This document shows, in pieces, positions 9,748-19,437 of a stretch of DNA of 64,000 nucleotides. How positions within the stretch are numbered: position 1 is the stretch's first letter; each line of letters starts with the position of its first letter. The position numbers and the translations under genes are program-made. The notes under the pieces were generated by a model. That model was not told the DNA's origin. It worked only from the letters and a program-made list of their open reading frames with translations, and did no database searches. This DNA is from Candidatus Poribacteria bacterium (GTDB lineage: Bacteria > Poribacteria > WGA-4E > WGA-3G): positions 160,001-224,000 of the forward strand of contig CAXXUA010000006.1 of NCBI GenBank assembly GCA_963663765.2, written 5' to 3'.

Positions 9748-11244
9748 TCAGGAAACATAAATGAGGTAACTATACTCATAACATGTCTGATCCGATGCGC
9801 TGGAATGCGGATAAATGTATGCTGTGAGTTTATACACACCACCTACGGCACCAGAAGGAATCGTAAAACTAAAGGTTACCTCTGTCTCAACAGTAGAATC
9901 TTGCGCGTAAGTTGTCGGAAACAACTCATCACCGTAAGTTCTACTATCCCCAGGCGGCAATAAATACCAATGCACTATTGCATATCCACCTGATTTCGTA
10001 ATCAACTTGGCAGTATGTGAGTCACCCGGTGCTAATGAAGGCATCTTTTGACCGTTCACAGTCGCTAAAGATGCACCCACAGGATATATATATAAACCGG
10101 GCGCGGTAGGCGTTGATGTGCTCGTGGACGCAGTCTCCGTGTTGGCTTCACTTGCAAGAGTGGATGTCTCAGTACCAACAACATTAGCCGACTCATCGTT
10201 ATCATCATTCGAATCATCTTCGTGATAGGTAGAATTCGGACACTGTTTGTGCTCACAAGTATACCATATGGAATCATCATATTTCAGGTTACAAAAATTC
10301 AGAATGACATCATAAAACCCATTATAGACTCTTTTCCAGCATACGATTTTGTGTGGAGAGTCATCTACATATTCATATACTAATGCGCTTATAGTATTCA
10401 TTCCTGACAGGGCAGTGGTGTAGATTAATTTTTTCAATGGTGCAAACTTTTTACCGCAAATACCAGGGCAAAGTCGATGGTGTGGTCCCGGTTTCGGACA
10501 AGAATCCGTTTCACAAGAATACCAACCGAACTTATTTGTCTTATGCAGTTCCTCTTGGCACTGTGTAAAATGATCCGCCATCAAAGCTGCAGGAGAAGTA
10601 TACGTCACACTACAATCATCACTGCCAAAACAACCATATTCAAAAACTATATTGTCAATCGGTGCGGTGTTAACCCCTATTGTAAGAGTTGCAGTGGGGG
10701 TACCGTGATATGCCGCATAGGCTGCGACATACGCCGTATAAGCATCATCCCTGTTCTTGAATAAACCTGTTGCCTGTTGAGAACCGTTTTTAAGATCACC
10801 GATCGTCGTCCGTATTTTACTCGTTTCGTTTATAGCGATATCCAACGAACTCGCTAAACGTATCTGACCTGAAATGTCTATAGCGGTGAGATTTGCATTT
10901 GTGAGAGCTTGCCTTAACTCTCCTACTGATGCAGTTGGGGTAATAAGACTTAGGGCAACAAAAAATATCAAAGAAACACCTTGATGTGCAGCTTCTATGC
11001 CTTGTTCACGCATCTCCTCCGCGTTGACATCATACAAAACCTTCAGATCATCCCGTTCAGGTTTGAGATCACGATAATTTCCCAGATTATCTCTTAACTC
11101 CCCAAGGGCATTTGTGAATGCGTCTTTGATCCTTTCATACTCTTTGAACGTCATTGCTGACGAGGCTATTGCTGGTATAATTTAAATCCCTATACAAATT
11201 AGTAAGAGACATAGCACTTTCTTATATACACAACGATTATTCAT
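9748..11244 (-). pseudogene. Predicted secreted Cys/His-rich protein with an in-frame TAA in its signal peptide
   Basis: ATG at 11244 behind GGAGA overlaps the stop of paralog 2 and reads MNNRCVYKKVLCLLLICIGI*IIPAIASSAMTF; TAA at 11182-11184; a 468-aa ORF continues from 11154. Confidence 0.7.
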
Positions 11245-11839
11245 TATTTATCTCCTTGATTATCCGTTCACTGTCTTCATTAACAAGTTTATGCCATAAT
11301 TCAGACGCTTTTTCATCCTCCTCTATTGTACGAAACGGTATACCCACTGGAGATGCAGGAAACGGAGACATTCGATTATGTTCATAGTTTTTCCACGCTT
11401 CAGTTACGTATTTTTCATAAGCATCGTAAGTCGCTTCCCCTATATATCGGGGTTTGTTTCGCTCAGGATTGTTTTCATGAATAGGAACTGTCTTCTGTGA
11501 CGGTGTCACATCAGGAGTTTCGTTAGAACTTTCACCAATCTGCACAACCGGATGCTCAACAGGCGCATCAGGATTTCCGATCGGCACTTTGTCCCAGTGG
11601 TCGCCGTCCCATTCCCATTTGAAGCCGGGAATATCTACAGGTTTTTTTTCACTAAATACAACGTTTGGTGTTGTTGGGGTTTCTGTTTCTGTTTCCGTTT
11701 TGGGGTCTGGACCGGCAATTTCCTCCTTGAAATTTTTTAGGTCTACATGTAAATAGATTTGAAAAGCAACGATACCGACTATAAAACCGACTATAAATAG
11801 CGCGAGTCCGCCTATTGCCCACTGTAATTGTTTTGGCAT
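11237..11839 (-). CDS. Membrane-anchored protein, paralog 2
   Basis: MPKQLQWAIGGLALFIVGF..KTETETE..WEWDGDHW; GGAGG RBS. Confidence 0.85.
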   Translation of the reverse strand: MPKQLQWAIGGLALFIVGFIVGIVAFQIYLHVDLKNFKEEIAGPDPKTETETETPTTPNVVFSEKKPVDIPGFKWEWDGDHWDKVPIGNPDAPVEHPVVQIGESSNETPDVTPSQKTVPIHENNPERNKPRYIGEATYDAYEKYVTEAWKNYEHNRMSPFPASPVGIPFRTIEEDEKASELWHKLVNEDSERIIKEINNE

Positions 11840-12050
11840 GTCAATACCTCCTTATTTATGAGTCCCCTTGCGAACTTAATGTGTCTTGTTAGCAAGGTTC
11901 GGTTAATGCGGGGTTGATGATCCCCCGGTCAGGAATAATATGGTTACCAATTATATCTCCTTTGTGAAATATTGTTAAGATAAAACTATATGTTATCCAA
12001 TGATGCAAACTCTAAATCAACGCATCAGTATGAAATAGCCTCTATAGTTA

Positions 12051-12618
12051 CAATACCTTCGCCATTTTTGAGTACTTCAGTTGAATGAGTATATAGTGTT
12101 GATCTACCATTGCTCTGTGATATTGTTAGGATTACATAAATAAAAATTACTTCAGGTTTTCATTGAAGTATTTTTATTTATCATAGCGTCTAATTTGACG
12201 ATAGAATCTGACAGAATAATTTATATGCACAATCTGGAAGATTGTGCTACAACTGACCGCACAATCTGGAAGATTGTGCTACAACTGACCGCACAATCTG
12301 GAAGAATGTGCTACAACTGACCGCACAATCTGGAAGAATGTGCTACAACTGACCGCACAATCTGGAAGATTGTGCTACAACTGACCGCACAATCTGGAAG
12401 ATTGTGCTACAACTGACCGCACAATCTGGAAGATTGTGCTACAACTGACCACACACTCTGGCAGAATGTGCTACAACTGACCGCACAATCTGACAGAATG
12501 TGCTACAACTGACCGCACAATCTGGAAGAATGTGCTACAACTGACCACACACTTTGGCAGAATGTGCTACAACTGACCGCACAATCTGGCAGAATGTCTA
12601 TTATTGGCGAAGGTATTG
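12051..12618. mobile_element. CAATACC-ended MITE with about 11.6 units of the 32-bp repeat, copy 2
   Basis: TIRs present; TAGTTA duplicated at 12045-12050 and 12619-12624; array about 12227-12598. Confidence 0.85.
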
Positions 12619-12774
12619 TAGTTAAAGACACAGTTTTAGACAGAAAGGGTGCATCGGCATAAAATATTTGAATTTTATCTAAAAATTGGTGAAAAACGCT
12701 GGAAAATAACAAACCAAGCGAAAATTACTGGTAAGGTGTCCCGCTTGCACGTAGTAGTTGACTCGTTGGAAATT

Positions 12775-13011
12775 TTATCCATCTACGAAAATCGTTGGAG
12801 ATGCTTTTATACCTAATTCAGCAGCACGTTTGATGTTTTCCCTGAACAGATGATCAGCCTCAGGAGTATCAAACAAACGTTTATTTTTTTCCACATCAAT
12901 ACCAAGTTTCTTTGCACAATCTTCCCAACTTTTGTTTAACTTTTTACCACGACATAGGAGATAATCTAAAAGTTGCTCTAGATATTCTTGTGCGATGAGT
13001 AGCTGCCGCAT
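12775..13011 (-). pseudogene. C-terminal fragment of a DsbA/thioredoxin-like protein
   Basis: AKKLGID...AAELGIKASPTIFVDG resembles the DsbA C-terminal cis-Pro motif; no N-terminus or CxxC. Confidence 0.55.
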
Positions 13012-13091
13012 ATTTTCTGCTACTTGATGATATTAAGACTCCGCTGTAAATGACAACACACATCAGAATTGTCAGGACATATAAATCTTTT

Positions 13092-13784
13092 TCATCGGTT
13101 TTCACCACTTTCACCGTATAATTCACGGTATTTTTTAATACCCCTCACTTTTGGAACAGGGACACGAACAATGTGGCCCGCTGCTTCCAGTGGTTTCCAG
13201 TACACTTCTTCCATCAAATCCCTTAATTTCTTGGCTTCATCGCTCCACATGCTTCCCCCAATATACCCTTGAGCAATTGCATTCTCAAGATGATTAAGTT
13301 CTGCTAATGCTCGGTATGATTCAGGAGAACGGTAGTCTGCGACCATAATTGCTGCATTTTTCCGAAGAGTGCCCTCAGGGTCTTTGAGAACGTGTTTGAA
13401 ATCTTCATATTTCGCCCGCGGCACATTGATTTCTGATGGGTTGATTCGTGTCGTTTTTGGTTCAAGCAACTGGATCGGTTTATCCTTCTGCACGGGTTGG
13501 TCTGCTTGCTGTACATCTATCGGCACTTCAAGCCAATGATCCCCGTGCCACTCATACTTACGTCCGTCATCTGGATGTGGTGGTCTGTTATCCACTTCAG
13601 GCACTTCCACCTGTTCGGGGGGTTGTTCGGTTTCCGTTTCAGTTTTGGGGTCTGGGCTGGCAAGTTCCTCTTTGAAATTTTTCAGGTCTACATGTAAATA
13701 GATTTGAAAAGCAACGATACCGACTATAAAACCGACTATAAGTAGCGCGAGTCCGCCTATTGCCCACTGTAATTGTCTTGGCAT
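13092..13784 (-). CDS. Membrane-anchored protein, paralog 3
   Basis: MPRQLQWAIGGLALLIVGF..KTETETE..RPPHPDDGRKYEWHGDHW. Confidence 0.85.
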   Translation of the reverse strand: MPRQLQWAIGGLALLIVGFIVGIVAFQIYLHVDLKNFKEELASPDPKTETETEQPPEQVEVPEVDNRPPHPDDGRKYEWHGDHWLEVPIDVQQADQPVQKDKPIQLLEPKTTRINPSEINVPRAKYEDFKHVLKDPEGTLRKNAAIMVADYRSPESYRALAELNHLENAIAQGYIGGSMWSDEAKKLRDLMEEVYWKPLEAAGHIVRVPVPKVRGIKKYRELYGESGENR

Positions 13785-13995
13785 GTCAATACCTCCTTAT
13801 TTATGTGTCCCCTTGCGAACTTAATGTGTCATGCTGGCAAGGTTCGGTTAATGCTGGGTTGATGATCCCCCGGTCAGGAATAATATGGTTACCAATTATA
13901 TCTCCTTTGTGAAATATTGTTAAGATAAAACTATATGTTATCCAATGATTCAAACTCTAAATCAACGCATCAGTATGAAATAGCCTCTATAGTTA

Positions 13996-14627
13996 CAATA
14001 CCTTCGCCATTTTTGAGTACTTCAGTTGAATGAGTATAAAGTGTTGATCTACCATTGCTCTGTGATATTGTTAGGATTACATAAATAAAAATTACTTCAG
14101 GTTTTCATTGAAGTATTTTTATTTATCATAGCGTCTAATTTGACGATAGAATCTGACAGAATATTTTATATGCACAATCTGGAAGAATGTGCTACAACTA
14201 CACGCACAATCTGGAAGAATGTGCTACAACTGACCGCACAATCTGGAAGAATGTGCTACAACTGACCGCACAATCTGGAAGAATGTGCTACAACTACACG
14301 CACAATCTGGAAGAATGTGCTACAACTGACCGCACAATCTGGAAGAATGTGCTACAACTGACCACACACTCTGGCAGAATGTGCTACAACTGACCGCACA
14401 ATCTGACAGAATGTGCTACAACTGACCGCACAATCTGGAAGAATGTGCTACAACTGACCGCACAATCTGACAGAATGTGCTACAACTGACCACACACTCT
14501 GGCAGAATGTGCTACAACTGACCGCACAATCTGACAGAATGTGCTACAACTGACCGCACAATCTGGAAAAATGTGCTACAACTGACCGCACAATCTGGAA
14601 AAATGTCTATTATTGGCGAAGGTATTG
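13996..14627. mobile_element. CAATACC-ended MITE with about 13.6 units of the 32-bp repeat, copy 3
   Basis: TIRs present; TAGTTA/TAGTTT flanks; array about 14172-14606; same insertion site as copy 2 (segmental duplication). Confidence 0.85.
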
Positions 14628-14812
14628 TAGTTTAAAGACACAGTTTTAGACCGAAAGGGTGCATACGGTATAAAATATTTGAATTTTATCTATAGATTGG
14701 TGAAAAACGCAGGAAGATAACAAACCAAGCAAAAATTACTGGCAAGGTGTTCCGCTTGAGAAAGATTTTGCTAATATTAAGCGTAAACGCGAATACAATA
14801 CCGATTCAAATG

Positions 14813-15177
14813 CAGAGTTATTCAGTTTTAAGAATTATCAGTTAATGGGTGTTACTTAAAGTTTATATCGTAGGTCGGGTAGAGCGTATGCGAAACCCGA
14901 CATGTATTGATTTTGTCTATCATGTCGGGTTTCGCTCACGCTCTACCCATAGGTGTCAACTTAAGGATTCTGACCTCTTGTGGGAGGGGTTTGCAACCCC
15001 GATTTTATGTTCATTTCCACTCAAATCGGGGTTACAAACCCCTCCTACAAGAGAATATGCCAACACTTTTTTCTTAAGTTGACACCTATGGGTTTCGCTC
15101 ACGCTCTACCCGACCTACGATATTAAATCACGAATGTTATAAATATCTGCCAAAATATCTAAAACTGAATAACCCTG
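14813..15177. mobile_element. CAG(A/G)G..CCCTG MITE containing a GTAGGTCGGG REP pair, itself interrupted by the 141-bp MITE
   Basis: 9-bp duplication ATTCAAATG at 14804-14812 and 15178-15186. Confidence 0.8.
14949..15089. mobile_element. 141-bp MITE with perfect 22-bp target duplication (opposite orientation)
   Basis: GGGTTTCGCTCACGCTCTACCC at 14927-14948 and 15090-15111. Confidence 0.92.
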
Positions 15178-15289
15178 ATTCAAATGTCTGTATAATTGAC
15201 AATTGTCGTAATTTAATGATACAATAACTATGTGTTGATATTCAACTCATAGTTATGTTATATTTACTATTGAAAAGATGTAACCCAAC

Positions 15290-15552
15290 GCGATTTAGCA
15301 ACAGAAGTGGGTGTAGATTTTTCCTACATCAGTAAGATTGAAAATGATCGTATGCCACCGCCCGCAGCTGATACTATTGTCAAGATATGTGAGGTTCTTG
15401 GTGTGCCTCCAGATGATTTGCTTGCTATGACTGGTAAGATGCCAACGTCTATAAAAAAAGTTTTGAGTGATAATCCAGCTGCGCAACAGTTCCTACGTGA
15501 AGCAAAAACGATGACATTGACAGATGACGAGTGGATAGATTACTATACCTAA
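15290..15552 (+). pseudogene. XRE-family HTH regulator fragment
   Basis: DLATEVGVDFSYISKIEN..IVKICEVLGV; the N-terminus is missing and the C-terminus runs into the next fragment. Confidence 0.65.
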
Positions 15553-15802
15553 ACAAATCCAAGAGAGTTTGGGACTTAAGAAGGGTGATATTGTGGATAC
15601 AAGGATAGAAGGGGATTGTGTGGTAATCACACCCAAAAAATCAGTCACACCAGAAGACTGGGACAAACTTCTGGAAGTGATGAGCACTGTCCACGAGCAA
15701 AATAAAGGCATTAGCGAGGAAGAAGTATATCAGGATGTCCAACGTGCAGTTGAGGAGCTTCCACAAGAAGAATATGACAAACAAACTACACCTCATCCTT
15801 GA
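15537..15802 (+). pseudogene. AbrB/MazE-like antitoxin lacking its start, followed by a short PIN-toxin-like stub (about 15773-15830)
   Basis: ITIPKQIQESLGLKKGD; overlapping MTNKLHLILDSVVAVSAF. Confidence 0.6.
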
Positions 15803-15934
15803 TAGTGTTGTTGCTGTAAGTGCGTTTTTTACATCGGCAAACGTCCAATTGACACCGTCCAAACCTACCCTGCACAATTGGTAGATACCTATAATCCCAA
15901 GGGCATGCACACTCACAAAAAATAAAGGTTCATC

Positions 15935-18900
15935 ATGTCAGATAATAACCGATTACTAAAGTCTGGTATCCGAGACAACCTTCTTCGTGGCACAGTTCAT
16001 GACTTTTTAGAGCGAGAAATCCAATCAGGTTCCGTGCTTTCTATCGTTTCTGCTTACTTCACGATCTATGCCTATGAAAAAATGCAACACCCTCTTAACG
16101 AAATAGAGGAACTCCGCTTTCTTTTCGGTGATCCCGATTTCGTCAAACGTATGGACCCAAATAATAAAGATAGAAAAGCATTTGAGATTACAGATGAAGG
16201 TTTAGCACTCAATCAGCAACTCCGACAAAAACCGATTGCAAGAGCTTGTGCCGAATGGATAAAAGACAAAAAGATAGAAATCCGCTCTACTCGCGGATCA
16301 AAACTGATTCACGGGAAAATGTATCATATCAATAATAACGGTGTTGACAAAGCCATCTTGGGCAGTTCTAACTTTACCGTGCATGGACTCGGACTGAGTT
16401 CCAATAGCAGTAACATTGAACTCAACCTGGAGGTGGATAGTGATCGCGACCGAACTGACCTGAAGGCATGGTTTGACGAACTCTGGAATAATGATGAGCT
16501 CGTTGAAGATGTTAAGAATACAGTGCTGGCAAAACTGAAGCAGATAGGACAAGATCACCCGCCAGAACTCATCTATTACAAAACACTCTACGAACTCTTC
16601 CGTAAAGAAATTGAGACGCGACAAACGAATGAACAGACTCTTGAAGATGTCCATCTATACGACATGGAAATATGGAAAAAGTTATATGATTTCCAAAAAG
16701 ATGGTGCAAAAAGCGTGATCGCCCGATTATTACGACACAACGGGTGTATCTTAGCGGATAGTGTCGGTTTAGGAAAAACATATACTGCACTGGCAGTTAT
16801 AAAGTTCTTTGAATTGCGAAACGAACGCGTGCTTGTTCTCTGTCCGAAAAAACTCCGAGAAAACTGGGATCTCTATCCAGCATACAACGCACAAGACTCT
16901 AACGAATTCCTTGATGATAAATTTACTTACACCGTCCTATCACACACCGATCTATCACGATACACAGGAGAATCCGGTAGCATAAATTTGGAGAATTTCA
17001 ATTGGCGTAGTTTTGATCTCATCGTAATTGATGAATCACACAACTTCCGAAACGATAGCAAACCGCGTGCGGATGATGAAGGTAATTTCCGTCACACCCG
17101 TTATTCACGTCTATTAGAAGAGGTCATCAAGGAAGGCACTAAAACCAAAGTCTTGATGCTTTCAGCAACGCCTGTCAATACCTCACTTACTGACCTCCGC
17201 AACCAGATATATCTGATGACTGAAAAACGCGAGGATGTTTTCAGAAATACTTTAGGCATCAGTAATATTGGCAATCTCATCAAACAGACACAGAAAGCGT
17301 TCAAGGTGTGGGAAGAAAAAGGCACAAGAAACAAGACAGAACTCTTCAATACTTTAGGCGTAGACTTTTTTCAACTACTCGGTGGTGTCTCTATTGCACG
17401 TTCACGCAAGTTAATCAAAAAATACTATGCCGATGAGATAGAAAGAATTGGAAACTTTCCTAAACCACAGAAACCAACTAATCGACATCCACAAACCGAC
17501 CTAAATGGTGAACTATCCTACAAAGCATTAGCAGACCAGATCGGTGATTTTGAGTTAACAATCTATAGACCTTCCAGTTATGTTGTTAGTGAAACAGCAA
17601 AACAACGTTTAGCAGATGAGAAAAAACGATTCCGTTTCAATCAGGAGGATCGGGAAAAATTCCTTATCGGTATGATGCAGACAAACTTTCTCAAACGGCT
17701 TGAAAGTTCTGCACACTCACTCTCCGAAACGCTTGAACGCACTATCAATAAACATGATGATATGTTAGAGAAAATAGAAAGATTCGAACAGAACAAAGAT
17801 ATTCCCAACGGACAAGCAGATATCCTCCCTGATGAAGATGAAGACGATGAGGAATTTTTAATCAACCGTGCCAGAAATCCGTATCATCTAAAGGAATTGG
17901 ATTGCACACGCTGGAAACAAGACATTCTCAAAGATAAACAGACCTTAACTGCAGCATCGGATAAAGTCAGATCCATCACACCAGAAAGAGATGGAAAACT
18001 GAAGCAAATTAATACTGATATTCGGAAAAAGTTGCAAAAGCCGAAAAAAGACAAGGAAGGCAATCTAAATCGGAAGTTACTCATCTTTACCACCTTCAAA
18101 GATACCGCTGAATATCTTTTTGAAAACTTGTCAGAACTTGCCTCGGAGTTGGAACTTGAGATGGCAATGGTCTCGGGAGACAAGACGCAGACAACCCGCG
18201 GACAAAACAACTTCAATGCTATTCTCACAAACTTCGCACCGTGGGGTAGGTTGCGTAAGGATAACACAGACGACAACATCGATCTCCTCATTGCTACGGA
18301 CTGCGTCTCCGAAGGGCAAAACCTTCAGGATTGCGATACTGTCATCAACTATGATATACATTGGAATCCTGTGCGAATCATCCAACGTTTTGGACGGATC
18401 GACCGCATCGGCACTCGCAACACAGAAATAAAGATGATTAACTACTGGCCCACCGAAGATATGGAGGTCTATCTACATCTACGAAACCGTGTGGAATCCC
18501 GTATGGCACTCGCGGATGCTACCGCAAGCGGTGATGATGACCCGCTCAATGAATTGACTTACGAACAAGCACAGATGGAACTCAATTTTCGTGATAAACA
18601 GTTGGTGGGACTTCGTGAAGATGTCTTTGATATAGATGACATGTCTGATGGCGTTGTGATGAGCGATTTTACGCTGGATTATTTCTTTGCACAACTCCTG
18701 AAATATCTGGAAAGGAACAGGGCAAAACTTGAGGCGACTCCCGAAGGTGCTTATGCTGTTACGAACAGCGAAAGTAATCCTACTGAAAAAGGTGTGATCT
18801 TTTTTCTACGTTTAGAAAATGCCAGTGAAAACAAACAGGAGAAAACTGCCAGTCCTATCCACCCTTACTATACGGTATATATCCGCAACAGTGGCGATAT

Positions 18901-19204
18901 CCGTTACGGGTGTCTTAATGCAAAACAGGTGTTGGATCTGTTTGAGGCAACTGCTGTTGGCAAGGAGAACGTCATAGATGATTTGTGCCTGAAGTTTGAC
19001 CAAGAGACGGAGTTTGGCGAAAACATGGAGCACTACAACAAGCTTTTAGATGCTGTCATTTCGCACATCACCCGAACATATACAAAAACACAGACACAAT
19101 CTATCAGGAGCGGTAGCCCGCGCGACACAAAGCTCACGCCAGCATCCAAAGCTCCGAAAGACAGTCGTAATTTTAAATTGGTGACGTGGTTGGTTATTAT
19201 GTAG
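15935..19204 (+). CDS. PLD-nuclease-SNF2-family helicase fusion
   Basis: HGK..GSSNFT PLD motif; LADSVGLGKT, DESHNFRN, LSATP, SEGQNLQ, WNPVRIIQRFGRIDRIG. Confidence 0.9.
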   Translation: MSDNNRLLKSGIRDNLLRGTVHDFLEREIQSGSVLSIVSAYFTIYAYEKMQHPLNEIEELRFLFGDPDFVKRMDPNNKDRKAFEITDEGLALNQQLRQKPIARACAEWIKDKKIEIRSTRGSKLIHGKMYHINNNGVDKAILGSSNFTVHGLGLSSNSSNIELNLEVDSDRDRTDLKAWFDELWNNDELVEDVKNTVLAKLKQIGQDHPPELIYYKTLYELFRKEIETRQTNEQTLEDVHLYDMEIWKKLYDFQKDGAKSVIARLLRHNGCILADSVGLGKTYTALAVIKFFELRNERVLVLCPKKLRENWDLYPAYNAQDSNEFLDDKFTYTVLSHTDLSRYTGESGSINLENFNWRSFDLIVIDESHNFRNDSKPRADDEGNFRHTRYSRLLEEVIKEGTKTKVLMLSATPVNTSLTDLRNQIYLMTEKREDVFRNTLGISNIGNLIKQTQKAFKVWEEKGTRNKTELFNTLGVDFFQLLGGVSIARSRKLIKKYYADEIERIGNFPKPQKPTNRHPQTDLNGELSYKALADQIGDFELTIYRPSSYVVSETAKQRLADEKKRFRFNQEDREKFLIGMMQTNFLKRLESSAHSLSETLERTINKHDDMLEKIERFEQNKDIPNGQADILPDEDEDDEEFLINRARNPYHLKELDCTRWKQDILKDKQTLTAASDKVRSITPERDGKLKQINTDIRKKLQKPKKDKEGNLNRKLLIFTTFKDTAEYLFENLSELASELELEMAMVSGDKTQTTRGQNNFNAILTNFAPWGRLRKDNTDDNIDLLIATDCVSEGQNLQDCDTVINYDIHWNPVRIIQRFGRIDRIGTRNTEIKMINYWPTEDMEVYLHLRNRVESRMALADATASGDDDPLNELTYEQAQMELNFRDKQLVGLREDVFDIDDMSDGVVMSDFTLDYFFAQLLKYLERNRAKLEATPEGAYAVTNSESNPTEKGVIFFLRLENASENKQEKTASPIHPYYTVYIRNSGDIRYGCLNAKQVLDLFEATAVGKENVIDDLCLKFDQETEFGENMEHYNKLLDAVISHITRTYTKTQTQSIRSGSPRDTKLTPASKAPKDSRNFKLVTWLVIM

Positions 19205-19217
19205 GTTGTCTCTTGCC

Positions 19218-19401
19218 TGTAGGAGGGAACTCCGATTCCCGATTTTCTTGTAGGAGGGAACTCCGATCCCCGATTTCTTGTAGAAGGAAACTCCGCTTGG
19301 CGATTTTCTTGTAGGAGGGAACTCCGATTCCCGATTTTCTTGTAGGGGGGAACTCCGATCCCCGATTACATACAAATCGCGATTCGAAGATCGCTCCTAC
19401 A
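19218..19401. repeat. Five ~31-bp tandem GTAG-type REP-like units plus one inverted partner
   Basis: TGTAGGAGGGAACTCCGATTCCCGATTTTCT x5, then AATCGCGATTCGAAGATCGCTCCTACA. Confidence 0.85.
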
Positions 19402-19437
19402 CACAATAATTACAACATCTTTATAGGAACACAATAT

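Noticed and set aside
14187-14393. Repeat-peptide ORF in the 32-bp array, and the idea that the array is a CRISPR
   Set aside because: The unit length is not a multiple of 3 and the units are contiguous with no unique spacers.
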